Positions 40,401 through 51,546 of a stretch of DNA of 64,000 bases are shown here, one piece after another. The DNA is from a virus (lineage: Duplodnaviria > Caudoviricetes). Both the position numbers and the translations under genes were made by a program. The stretch's first letter is position 1. Every line of letters begins with the position of its first letter. The notes beneath the pieces were generated by a model. The model was not told the DNA's origin. It was given only the letters and a program-made list of their open reading frames with translations, and ran no database searches. The DNA lies in the IMG/VR virus record IMGVR_UViG_3300011008_000010, positions 32,001 through 96,000 of that record; one strand, given 5' to 3'.

Positions 40401-43400
40401 AGCAAAGACTTAATATATTGCCGAAATGTGCTTAAAGAAAATGCGTTGAGGATAAACAATATGTTATGGATGCGTAACGACTGCGATATGGTATGTGGCA
40501 ACACATATTGTTAAGCCTATCCATGCGTAATAAGCTATCGCATGTAATATACAGTCTGAACTACCGCTATAATCCAAATAATTATGAAACGGTAGAGTAA
40601 GGCCGAAAGACCTTGCCGCCACAGAAATGTGGTCATAAAAGCAACAGTTAAATTTGAACAATTTTGCAATTAGCTCTGAAGGCATCGGTGAAGCCTTACA
40701 GAGATCTGCTGCTGCGCTTGCACAAGCAAACAATGATTTAGACAAGAGCATCGCTCTTGTTGTGGCTGCTAATGACGTTGTGCAGAATCCTGAAACAGTT
40801 GGTACTGCACTGCGCACGGTGGCTCTTCGCATAAGGGGTAACACATGTTATTTTATTTTGTGCCCATCCAGAGAGAAATCCTGGTCTGCGTTGCGAATAA
40901 TAAATTACGCAGCATGATCGCTATATCGGTCAAAGGGATAACGGTATCCAGAGACCGACGTAACCCATAGTGGGGTACGCTACAGACTGCCAGATCTATA
41001 TGGCAACATATAGGTTTAAGCGATCTCGCTCTCCTATTCTGGAAACGATGATATACAGTCGGAACTCACGCTATAACCGTAATTAATGAAACGTGAGAGA
41101 TAGCCAGAAATGACTATCCGCCCGCAAGGGTCAGTAGCTTTAATCCAGGCGAAAGTAACAGAGTGGCAAAAGCGGATTTAGAAGAGTTAGGTGAAGACAC
41201 GGATGGATTAGCTAGCTCTGTATCGTCTTTAAGAGCAGAGGTTCTGGCACTTTCTGGTGTTGACATCATGATTGATGACAACACATTTAAAGATACTTAC
41301 AACATTCTAAAAGAACTTGCCTACGTATGGCATGATTTGACGGATGTTTCCCAAGCAGCTCTCTTAGAAAAGCTTGGTGGCAAACGTGGTGCTAACGTAA
41401 TCGCATCTATCCTTAGTAATGTAAACGATCTTGAGGCGGCTTATGCAGCCGCTGCTAATGCTGCCGGTTCTGCATCGGCAGAAAATTTAAAGTATCTAGA
41501 AAGTATCGAAGGTAAATTATCTCAACTCTCTGCTTCCTGGCAGGAGTTTTGGGATTCTTCATTTTTAAACAGCGTATTTAAAACCGGAATAAATTTATTA
41601 AATGGATTTGTTCAGATCTTAAATGATGCTGGCGGCATAGATTTTGCCATCACGCTCGCTGGCGTTGTTGGTTTGACACAGGCTATTAAACGGCTTGGTG
41701 GTTTTACCGGCAAGATAACAGAATTATATAACTCCTTTAAAGATTTCAGGGCGCTCATGAAAGATAATAATCTGAATTGGGCCGGTCTTTTTAAAGGGAG
41801 TTTCGTCAACGAGAAAGATATTAAAAAGAATGTAGAAAAAGTTGTTGGCAGTGCTTTCTCAACATACAATCAGGTATTTAATGCCGGTGGTGGTACTCAG
41901 GAAGCTGCTGCAAAAGCAAGTAGTGCGGCTTTAGCAGATCTCGTAAAAAATCAGGATCTATTGGCAAAATCATCCAGCGATTTAACTAAGTCTATGATTG
42001 AACGGGCTGCTCAAGAAGGTACGAACATAACGCTTGAACAGCAAGAAGCGAAGACAGTAGAAGTTCTGAACAATGAACTTGAGACTGGCGGAAAGAACAG
42101 TGCTCAATTTGCTAAAGGTCAAGCGGCAATGAAGAGTGCTATTGCTGCTATTGCTGTTATTGGCGTTTCTCTTGCCATTAATGCTATCAGCGCCTACATT
42201 CGAAAACAGGACGAATTAAGAGAGAAAATTATTGAGAACGGTAAAACGCAAGTAAAGCAAGCACGTAGTTTGCGTGATGCCGTTAATAGTTTTGATAAGA
42301 TCAATGCCGACTATAAGACCGGTGCGGCGACATCAGACGAATTAAGAAATGCTATTGAAGGCGTAAACGAAGCTCTCGGAGATCAAAAAGAATTATTAGC
42401 CGGTGTTTCGTCTGGCAGTGATACTTGGAGAAAGCGTCTCGATGAATTAATCGAGAAACAGAATGAGGTTGCTAAGAACGCGGCTCGTTCTGCGTTGTAC
42501 AATGCATCTAAGAAAAGTGCGACAGATACGGTCAAAGGTATTGGCTGGAGCATTGCCAAATACTGGACTTCTTCTTGGGGAGGTATGTTGCCGATTGGCA
42601 ACCTCCTTAAAGACGTAAATCCGATCTCTAAATTTTTTGGAAATAAGAAGGATCTTACCAATCGATCTTCTCAAATTAAGGCATTAAAGGAATGGCAGGA
42701 TGAGTTAAAAGAACTCGAAGAAGAATATAAAGAACTTGAAAAAGCCCAAGAAGAGGCTATGTCGGAAAATAATGGTGCTGCACTAAAGACCAATCCGATA
42801 AAGGTTCTTCTTGGTTGGCAAACGGATTATGCGAAAGAACTTGATAAGAATCAGAAGAAACAAGACGAGTTAATCAAGAATATTGCTCAATATAATGATT
42901 CTGTTCAAGAGACGGCTCAGGCAGCAGCATATCTTGTTTGGGAAGACAGTATTAAAGATATAGATAATGCGGCTGACAAATACAAAAAATTAGATAAAGC
43001 CGTAGAGGATGTAATTAGGACATTTGGACTTGCCGATGACGAAGAAGGCATCAAAGCCGCCAAAGAAATGATTCTGAGTTTCATGGAAATGGATTCGGAA
43101 TCTGCTGGGTTTATGGCTCTTAAAAAGGGAGCCGAGGATGCATCTAAAGCAATTGGTGCTGCAAGCGTTTCCGTAGAAGGACTGTTAGAAGCGTTTGATA
43201 AAGGAGATCTGACCGAACAAGACATTTTTGATCTTAGCGATGAAAGATTTAAGAATTATGTAGAGCAGAACCAACTTTATATTAAGAGTGTAGAGCAAGC
43301 TATCGAAACGCTTCATGCTTGGAAAGATGAAGTCAGAGCCGAGGCGAAAGAAACCAATACGCTTGTTGGTGTTATTAGGGACTCTAAAGATGCCATAGAT

Positions 43401-46400
43401 GATTTCCAGTCTGCTATATCGAAACTTGGTGCTATAATGAAAGCCGATTATTCGAATAACGCTTCTGGTATGATCGATGATCTGCAAGATCTAATCGACG
43501 TTATCAGTGGGATGGATACCAAAGTATCCGAGCAATTATTCGATAAGTTAAATAGTGCGTATAGCGTAGAAGCTCTTTCGTCTGCAATGAAGAAGGCCTC
43601 CGAAGAGGCAATGAAATTTAAATTAGATGGCTTAATTGATTCGTTAAATCTTGCAAATCCTGCATTGGAAAAGATGCTTCGTCTTCTTGTTGAACAGGAA
43701 AAACAAGTAGAAGCAATTACATCTGATTTAGATTCGTTTAAATCTGCTTATCAGAACCTTATTGGGGTGGTAAAAGAATACAATGAAAACGGATTTTTAA
43801 CGGCGGATAATATTAACACCATTCTGTCGATGAGTCCGGAGTATTTGGCTGCTCTTGATTATGAAGGTAATAAGCTAAAGTTAAATGAAGAAGCGTTAAA
43901 GAAAATTGTCCTTGTTCGATTGGAAGAAGCAAAGAGGCAAATTGAGTCTAATAGACATACTCAATTGTCTGCAATATATGCAGAACAAGAAGCGAGGGCA
44001 AAGCAAAAGTCTGCCGAATTAACATATGAACATGCGACAGCATTGTTACAAGAAGCAATTGCAGCAGGAAAATCTGAAACAGAAATACTGAAACTTGAGA
44101 AGCAAGTTTATAAACTGTATGAAGCACAACAAAAATTACAGGGTGTAGAGTTTTCGGGTACGCTAGATTCAGATTTGCAAGAGCAAGCAGATGCAGTAAA
44201 TGAAACTGCCGATGCTGCGATTGATAGTATTGATCATGTCATAGACGAGTTTGAAAACGGATCTATGGATGCGCTCAATACATTTCTCGGTGTTACAGAT
44301 GACATTGAAAAAGATGCCGAGGATGCCGCAGAAGAACTTAAATCTCAGATAGACTCCGTTCTTTCTAAGTGGAAATCTGCGCTGGATTCCGGTGCGATTA
44401 ACTATAAGCAATATCTGGACAAAATGAAGTCCATGCGCAATCAGTATGCAGATCAGTTAAATACCGAAGATTTGCTGCAAATGGATGTAGATATTGCCCA
44501 GGAAGAACAGAATATGTGGAAGGAGGCTATGGACGCTGCCGGTAGATATATTGACCGGGAGATGAAGAAGCCTATTGAAGATCGTATCACCGCATTAAAT
44601 TCTGAGAAAGATGCATTAGAAAGAAATAAGGATGCCATCAGTGATTACTATGATGGTATCATTGATGGTTTTGAGAAACAAAAGGAAGCTGTTGAAAATC
44701 AGATTGACGCTGTTGAGAAAGCGTATGAAGCTCAGATTAAGCCTCTTGAGAATCAGCAGAAGGCAATCAATAAGCAAATTAAGGCTATTGAAAAGCAGAA
44801 GCAAGTTATTGAGGATGAGATAAAGGTTCTTGAAAGATCTAAACGGCCTTATGAAAAACAACAAAAGGCTATTGATAAAGAAATTAAAGCGATTGAGCGT
44901 GAAATTTCTGTTATTGAAAAATCCAAGAAACCTTATGAGCAGAAACAAAAGGCATTAGAAAAGGAAATCAAGGCAATTGAAAAGCAGATTGATATCCTTG
45001 AACGCTCCAAGCGTCCTTATGAAGATCAACAGAAGGCGATAAACAAGGAAATCAAGGCGATTGAAAAAGAGATCAACGCTCTTGAAAAGACTAAAAAGCC
45101 TTATGAGAAGCAACAGAAGGCTATTGCAAAGCAAGTTAAGGCAATACAACGGCAGATCGATGCGCTTGAAGATACAAAACGTCCTTACGAAGATCAGCAA
45201 AAGGCAATTGACAAGCAAGTCAAGGCAATTAATAAACAGATTAAGGCTTTAGAGAAATCCAAAAAGCCTTATGAAGATCAGCAAAAGGCTATTGACAAGC
45301 AATCAAAGGCAATTCAGAAGCAGATAAATGCTTTGGAAAAGTCTAAAAAGCCCTACGAAGATCAACAGAAGGCGATAAGCAAAGAAATCAAGTCTATCGA
45401 AAAGCAGATTAAGGCGATACAGGATACTGAAAAGCCCTATAAAGAAGAACAAGAATCAATCGAGAAGTCTATTCGTGCGATTGAGCAGAAAATTAAAGCG
45501 TTTGAAAAACTGCAACAGCCATATAAAGAACAGCTTGATCTTGTTAATAAGGAAGTTGCCGCTCTTGAGAGAGAAATTGAACTTATGGAGCGGTCAAAAC
45601 GATCTTATGAACAACGACGTGATGCAGTTCAAAATGAAATTGATGCTCTGGAATATCAGATGTCTGTTATTGGCAGACAGGAAACTGCGTATAAGCGCGA
45701 ACAAGACGCTCTGAATAAAGACATTGAACTTCTTGAGCGCCAGGTTTCTATCCTTGAATATAGGAAGAAGCCTTATGAAATTGCACAAAGACAAATTGAA
45801 AGACAGATTGGTCTTTTGCAGCAAGAGCAGAAAGAACTTGAGAAATTAAAAGAGCCTTACGAAGAAGAGATTAAAGCCTTAGAGAAAGAGCTTGAGGCTA
45901 TGCAGGAAGCCAATGAAGAACGGCAAGCTGCACTTGATCTTCAACAGGCAGAATATAATCTCAGGAGAGCACAGCAGCAAAGAACCAATTATGTTTATCA
46001 GGATGGACAGTTCCAGTATATTGCAGATCAGACAGCTATTAAAGATGCTCAAAAGACGATAGATGATCTCAAATACGAGGAATCTGTAAAACGCGTTGAA
46101 AAGGCAATTGATAGGTTACAGGATAAGATTGACGAGATTACCGCTCAGAGCGATGCTATCCAAAAAGATATCGATGAACTGACAGATAAAAACGATCAAC
46201 TTGCCGAAAGCATTCAGCGCATACAGGATGAAATAGATCCTATTCAGGACGATATAGATGAGCTGACGTTTAAAGCAGAAGAATTACAGTGGTCTATAAA
46301 TGACATTGAGTATTCGATGACAAGTATCCAGTATGCCATCGAAGACTTAGAGGCTGCAAACGAAGATTTGGAAGAATCAATCCGACAGATTGACGAAGCT

Positions 46401-49400
46401 ATTCAGCCTTTACAGTATAGGCTTGATTCATTAAAAGATACTGCTTCTGACTTGCAATGGGAAATCGACAAGATACAGCAATACATCGATCCGTTAAATA
46501 CAGAGATCGAAGGGTTGAATGATACGATTTCTGAACTTCAGCTTATTATTGATGAAATCGAAGAATCAATTGATCCGCTTAATGAAAAGATCGACGAGCT
46601 GAATGAGCACAATGATTTATTACAGGAATCTATCGATGCTATAACAGACGCGATTGAACCGTTAAACGAACAAATTGACGAGTTAGCGGAACAGTCAGAT
46701 TTAATACAGGAAAAGATTGACGAAATTAATGATGCGATTGATCCTCTTAATGATCAGATTGATGATCTGAATGAACAAGGGGATGAATTGCAAGAAATGA
46801 TCGATTCTATCGGCGAATCTATTGATGAGCTAAGTCGTCAAATAGATGATCTGAATAGGCAGAGCGATTTTATACAGGATATTATCGATGAAATCGATGA
46901 GGCTATTGAGCCTCTCGAAGAACATTTAGACGAACTGAATGAAAAGAGCGAAGAGCTTCAAGAGCAAATAGATGCAATTGATGAAGCAATCGAACCTTTG
47001 CAGAGAACAATCGACGAGTTAAACGATCAGATTAGTGATTTGCAGGATGTTATCGATGCTATCGATGAATCTATGGAGCCGCTTCAGGAAAGAATCGAAG
47101 CACTTAATGAAGAGAGCGAAGAACTTCAGCAGACTATCGATGAAATCGATGAGGCCATTGAAGAACTGAACTATCAGCTCGAACCGTTAAACGACGAGAT
47201 TGATCTTCTTAACAGGCAGAACGATGAACTTAGCGAATCAATAGAAGAACTCAGAGAACAACAGGAGTTGGAAGTTGAAGCGTTACAGGCTCAGAGCGAC
47301 GCTATAAGCGAACAGATTGATTATTATCAGCAGTTAAAAGAACAGGCAGAAGAATCGATCCAGGCTCAGATAGATAAAATCGATGAACATATCGATGCGT
47401 TGGATAAGGAAATCGAAGGTATCGAAGCATATAAAGATCAGCTCACGAGCATCTTTGATGAAATTGATGCAAGAAAAGACGAAGATCTTCTTACTACGTT
47501 ATTCGGTGAAGGATGGCAAGAGAAACTACAATCATTAGATCCTCAGATTATAGCTGATTTTGCTGCTGGATATGAAGATTCTACGGAAAGATTAAAGGAA
47601 GCGAATCAGGTAGTCATTGATTCGTTAGAAGGACCAGATGGTCTTGGACAGGCAGCGGAAGAAACCGAACAAGACGTGTCTGAATTAAAAGATACGATGG
47701 CCAATGCCGATGAAGCAATAGGCGAAGGATCGATTAAGGATGCTATGGATCAGACTGCTGTATCTGCTGAAGATATGGCAGAAAGTTTTGTTAAAGTTAG
47801 AGACAACATTGACGAAGTAATTGATGCTATTGGAAGGCTTTGGGAACAGCGTGGGACTTTTAATGAAATTGGAGGCATGATAGATGTCTACCTGATTCAA
47901 AAGTTCCATGAAACCAAAGAAGCTATTGATCCTACTTTAATTGATACAATTGGTTTGCTGTGGGATGCCGTTCGTGTCAACAGCGTGATGATTGGCGATG
48001 CCATCGAGAATAACATATTAGGTGCTCTAAAGGATATTGAGGAATTCTTGAATAAGAATATTCCCGAAGCATCTGATTATGCAAAACAAGAGGTGATCAA
48101 AGATATTGAAGAGATCGTCTCTTTTATGACTGATCGTGCGCAGCCTGGTTTATTAACTGCAATCGATACGATCAAAGAAGAGGCAATCAACGCTTCCGAT
48201 GAAATTGTTCGTGAAGTTGAAGACGATATAGATCAGATCGTTAGTTATGCGGAAGATCCTGGTAAAGCACAGCTTGTTGCTACGGCAGAGCAGACAAGGA
48301 TTGATATTTCTGAGATTTCAGATGATCTTGTGGATGATATCGAAGATGATGTTAGAGAAATCTGTGAGGTTATTGTTCCTAATGGTCTTAGAGAATGCGA
48401 AAAAGAGATACAAGATTCCGTTGATAATGTAATTATTCCTAAATTAAGGGATATAAAAGACGAGATCGACGAAATTGTTAGTGCTGCTTTAGAAGCAATG
48501 CAAACTGTTTCTGAAATGGGTATGACAATTGCCAATGCAATTAATGAGGTTGCACAAAATATTAGCAATGTTATTAGTGGTATTGAGGAATCAATTAATA
48601 ATACCTATGAAAATCTCACAAAAGAAGGCGGTCTAATACAAAAGCTACATGAGGCGGCAGAAGCTGCTGCTCAGATCCCTGGATATGGTGTTGCTCAACC
48701 AGATCAAACTCAGGATGATGGCGGTGGCGGTGATCAGAATAACAATTATGATAATAACAACGGTGGTGGTGACAATAATTATGATGTTCAGTCTGCCGAA
48801 GTTCAAACAGATCAGTTTGTTGTTCAGAATGCCAATATTGAAATGACAACATCTGAAGGTAAGCGAGATGGATATCAAACTTACCGGATGGGCGAAAAGA
48901 GCATTTCTTATCAAAGATATAAGACCGAGGCTGGAAAAGAAGAAATTGAAAAATGGAGAGCGCAAGGTTACGACATCAGAGTAACATCTGGAGTTGGTGG
49001 TCGAACACTCTTCACTGTTGATCGCTATGGCAAAGGTGGGTATGTTGCAACTGAAAAGTTAAAGACGCCACTTACCAATTTGGCCAATGCTGTTGGCGAA
49101 GATAAGATGGTCGCCGTACAAGAAGGCGAACGCATCCTTACTCCTACTCAAAATAGGGATTTTGAAGAATTTGTCAGATTAACACCTGAGTTAATTAGTG
49201 CAACTGAAAGTCTTGCAAAATATGCAAAATTATTCGAAGACATTTCCACTATGGATTCGATGGCGTCAGAAGCAGGCATGATGCGTGGTGTCAATGGTGT
49301 TGTGGACAGAGCAAATGCTGCTCCTGTTACGAATAATACTATGTCGCTTAATATCGGTGATATCCATGTGCATGAAGCTAAGAATGCTGACGACCTTGCA

Positions 49401-49460
49401 AGACAGATTAAGAACAATTTGCCTAACTCTTTGATTCAGGCGTTAGGTAGAGCAAGTTAA
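34500..49460 (+). CDS. tail tape measure protein, spliced: join(34500..38543,40328..40345,40657..40839,41166..49460), 4179 aa
   Basis: the TMP core (LDTNMTELRRVS...ADYARLGYSL...DIVD-KFNEVG-NNFAISSEGIGEALQRS...RIRG-AKADLEELGED...LLEKLGGKR) is contiguous only when three inserts are removed; each insert follows a U and ends in G. Confidence 0.9.
39054..39083 (+). promoter_or_regulatory. possible internal promoter for tnpB
   Basis: TTGACT-18 nt-CATAAT. Confidence 0.4.
39130..40227 (+). CDS. tnpB: RNA-guided endonuclease TnpB (IS200/IS605 family)
   Basis: YRFRLYPN N-terminus, RuvC-I GMDLGL, RuvC-II CLEKL, zinc finger CSCCG..CLKC, RuvC-III DRDVNAAKNI; catalytic D/E/D all present. Confidence 0.95.
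   Translation: MIKSYRFRLYPNKSQRELMAQTFGNCRFVYNYYLDKRIKYYEETKETFGFYQCCKDLTELKKKYEWLQISDKWALQNTLKDLDFAFKNFFRNNGYGYPRFKSKKTHRYSYKTTFTNNNIKWSKSAIRLPKLGWVKVRDKQIPQGRILNATVKHEPSGKYYCCICCTDVEISQLPKTGLNIGMDLGLKEFAVTNDGTKINNPKHLDKSLKKLVKLQRELDRKTRNSNRWNKQRIKVARMYERITNQRKDFLQKLSTQIISDYDIVCLEKLDIQEMIERADFSRSIFDVSWNMFVRMLGYKAEWYGKKVVRVDRWYASSQICSCCGHVYKKTKSLLVREWTCLKCKTHHDRDVNAAKNILKEGLRIA
40238..40327 (+). ncRNA. omegaRNA scaffold/IS605 right end (5' boundary approximate)
   Basis: CGGTAG-GAA-CTACCG hairpin, GCTCGTGGA...GAAACGAGAATCC, subterminal hairpin, terminal TTCAG. Confidence 0.8.
40346..40656 (+). ncRNA. group I intron 2 of the tape measure gene (311 nt, no ORF)
   Basis: P1 GGGU|AA/UUGCCC with U-G at the splice site; AAAUUGUU pairs with 3' exon AACAAUUU (P10); P7 GACTG 40479/CAGTC 40552; terminal G. 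Confidence 0.88.
40840..41165 (+). ncRNA. group I intron 3 of the tape measure gene (326 nt, no ORF)
   Basis: P1 GGGU/GCCC; UUUUGU pairs with 3' exon GCAAAA; P7 GACTG 40985/CAGTC 41056; terminal G; core similar to intron 2. Confidence 0.88.
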
Positions 49461-49475
49461 AGGAAAGGGCAGGTA

Positions 49476-49751
49476 ATGAAGAAAGAACAGAAAGAGGCAA
49501 TAGATGTTATCGCTGATTCGATCATCGATACTTGCCGAAGGATTATTAATGGGGCAGCATATGATAAAACATATGCTGCCACCATTTTAAAAGCAAATGA
49601 TATGAAGAATGATTTTTATGAAGTTATTGTTGAAGGAGAGCCGCGTAACGTAAAAAACGCAACTCCTATGACATTTGACCCAAGTTGTCCCGTATGGTGT
49701 ACTGCGCCTATGGGAGACTTAACGAAGATGTTTATATCTGGAAGACGATAG
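49476..49751 (+). CDS. small protein downstream of the tape measure gene
   Basis: YDKTYAATI...VWCTAPMGD; position. Confidence 0.7.
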   Translation: MKKEQKEAIDVIADSIIDTCRRIINGAAYDKTYAATILKANDMKNDFYEVIVEGEPRNVKNATPMTFDPSCPVWCTAPMGDLTKMFISGRR

Positions 49752-49777
49752 GATTATTTGGATAAGAGGATAAAAAA

Positions 49778-50125
49778 ATGACCATTACATTATTTGTAAC
49801 ATTGTTTACGGTTGGAGCTACTATTGCAGGATTATTTACGGAAGCAATTAAAAAAGCATACCAAAACGCAGGGAAGCAATATTCAGCAAATATCATTGCT
49901 TTGATTGATTCTGTAGTCGTCGGTGGTCTTGGTACCGCAGCGGCTTATATGCTAATGGGAATTCCGTGGACTGTAAACAACGTGATATGTTTACTGCTTA
50001 TGATGGTTGTTGTTTGGTTGGCTTCGATGTTAGGTTACGATAAGATCGCACAGATGTTAGAACAAATCAAAAACGTGTCCAGCACCTCTGTTTCTGAATC
50101 TTCTCAAAACAACCCTTCTAAATAA
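49778..50125 (+). CDS. putative holin
   Basis: three hydrophobic segments; TEAIKK and GYDK motifs. Confidence 0.65.
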   Translation: MTITLFVTLFTVGATIAGLFTEAIKKAYQNAGKQYSANIIALIDSVVVGGLGTAAAYMLMGIPWTVNNVICLLLMMVVVWLASMLGYDKIAQMLEQIKNVSSTSVSESSQNNPSK

Positions 50126-50175
50126 AGTACAACTCAAGCAAAGCACATAATAATACACACAACAGTCGGGCACTT

Positions 50176-50207
50176 TAGGAGAGTGGGAGTCACAGCCCAC
50201 TCTCCTA
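50176..50207 (+). promoter_or_regulatory. GC-rich hairpin, related to the one at 31341-31370
   Basis: TAGGAGAGTGGG-AGTCACAG-CCCACTCTCCTA. Confidence 0.5.
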
Positions 50208-50272
50208 CCACTCTATCCTATTACAACAAATGTAGATTTGTTTTACTAAAACATATGTAAAATTGATGAAAG

Positions 50273-51526
50273 GTGAAGACTATGGCAAAACCTGTAATTA
50301 ACAATATAAACGCTATGGAGAGTTCGCGTGGCGCGGTTATTACGTTCTCTTTGATGGGCGAACAATCTTATGGTAATAAAATTTGGGTTTACGATACTCT
50401 TGACCTGTCATTAGTTTATGAGTATCCGAAGCAATTTAAATATTCAAAAGATTCTGTCGAACTTAGCTGTGCAATACCGGCAAATGTTCTAAACAACGGT
50501 TCGAAATATTATTGCCAGATACAATGTCTAAACAAAGACGGTAATCCTGGAAGCATATCTGAAAAAAGCGTGTTCTATTGTTTGGCGTCTCCGGAACTCC
50601 GTTTTGCAGATGTTGTCGATGGACAAAAAGTAGAAACATCTTATTTGAATGTTAGACTAACATATTATCAGGCGAACGGGGAAAAATTACAAAGTTATAG
50701 ATTCGGAATTTATGATAAGAATAAGTTATTGATGAATGAAAGCGAATTGTTCTTTTATGCTTCAAATGATTCTATGACTTATCGTTTCAAGGGTTTGGCA
50801 ACAGGGCATACATATTATATTCGTGCTACCGGATATACGGCAAAGGGTTTGCAATGTGATACTGGTCTTATCGAAATTAAACCTGAATATACTTTGAAAA
50901 AAGATTTTTCACAACTTAATCTTGAGAACAAATATTATCAAGGTATTATCCTTGTAAGGACGAGTATCGTGCTTATTGGATATGAATTAAATAACAAAGA
51001 TTATTTGTTCGTCCGCAACGAAGCCGTCGATCTTACAGGCCGTAATTTAGATTATCTCGATGTACTTGAATATAAAAGTGGTTTTGTAATTGACGGGGAT
51101 TGGACCATGTGGCTCAAATTATATGGTTCGAATATAAACACCGAGCTCTTGAGATTTTCTAACGAATTAGGACAGATGATTAGAATCACTGTGCACAGAT
51201 ATGATAATATGATGCGTTATAAGTTAGAAGTGAGCGATGGTATCACTAAATATATTAGATATACGAATGCTATTGCTTATTCTAAGACAAAGTATCATAC
51301 GTTGTTTGTTCGTCGGGAGGAACATCTTTTTGATTTCAGAGTATTCGATGGAACTCAAACAGAACAGGGAGATTATACATTATATCAGACATCAAATGGA
51401 GAATTGTTTGTTTCATATACAGGTCCAATGCCTGCGTTTAGGTATGTATCTCCTAGTTTATACTATGCAGGCGATGATGAGTTGCGATATGACGCCAACA
51501 CCGGTAGTTTATACCGCAGAGTTTGA
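50273..51526 (+). CDS. tail/baseplate protein with FN3-like beta domains
   Basis: FKGLATGHTYYIRATG pattern; position after the tape measure gene. Confidence 0.65.
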   Translation: MKTMAKPVINNINAMESSRGAVITFSLMGEQSYGNKIWVYDTLDLSLVYEYPKQFKYSKDSVELSCAIPANVLNNGSKYYCQIQCLNKDGNPGSISEKSVFYCLASPELRFADVVDGQKVETSYLNVRLTYYQANGEKLQSYRFGIYDKNKLLMNESELFFYASNDSMTYRFKGLATGHTYYIRATGYTAKGLQCDTGLIEIKPEYTLKKDFSQLNLENKYYQGIILVRTSIVLIGYELNNKDYLFVRNEAVDLTGRNLDYLDVLEYKSGFVIDGDWTMWLKLYGSNINTELLRFSNELGQMIRITVHRYDNMMRYKLEVSDGITKYIRYTNAIAYSKTKYHTLFVRREEHLFDFRVFDGTQTEQGDYTLYQTSNGELFVSYTGPMPAFRYVSPSLYYAGDDELRYDANTGSLYRRV

Positions 51527-51546
51527 TTTTAGGAGGGGCATGTGCA

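Noticed and set aside
40654-40917. Independent 87-aa gene (and an independent gene starting at GTG 41163)
   Set aside because: The TTG and GTG 'starts' are the last three intron bases; these are exons 3 and 4 of the tape measure gene
38544-41165. Group II introns or inteins
   Set aside because: No GUGCG start, domain V or reverse transcriptase; the inserts are not in-frame protein; U|...G| boundaries and P7 fit group I
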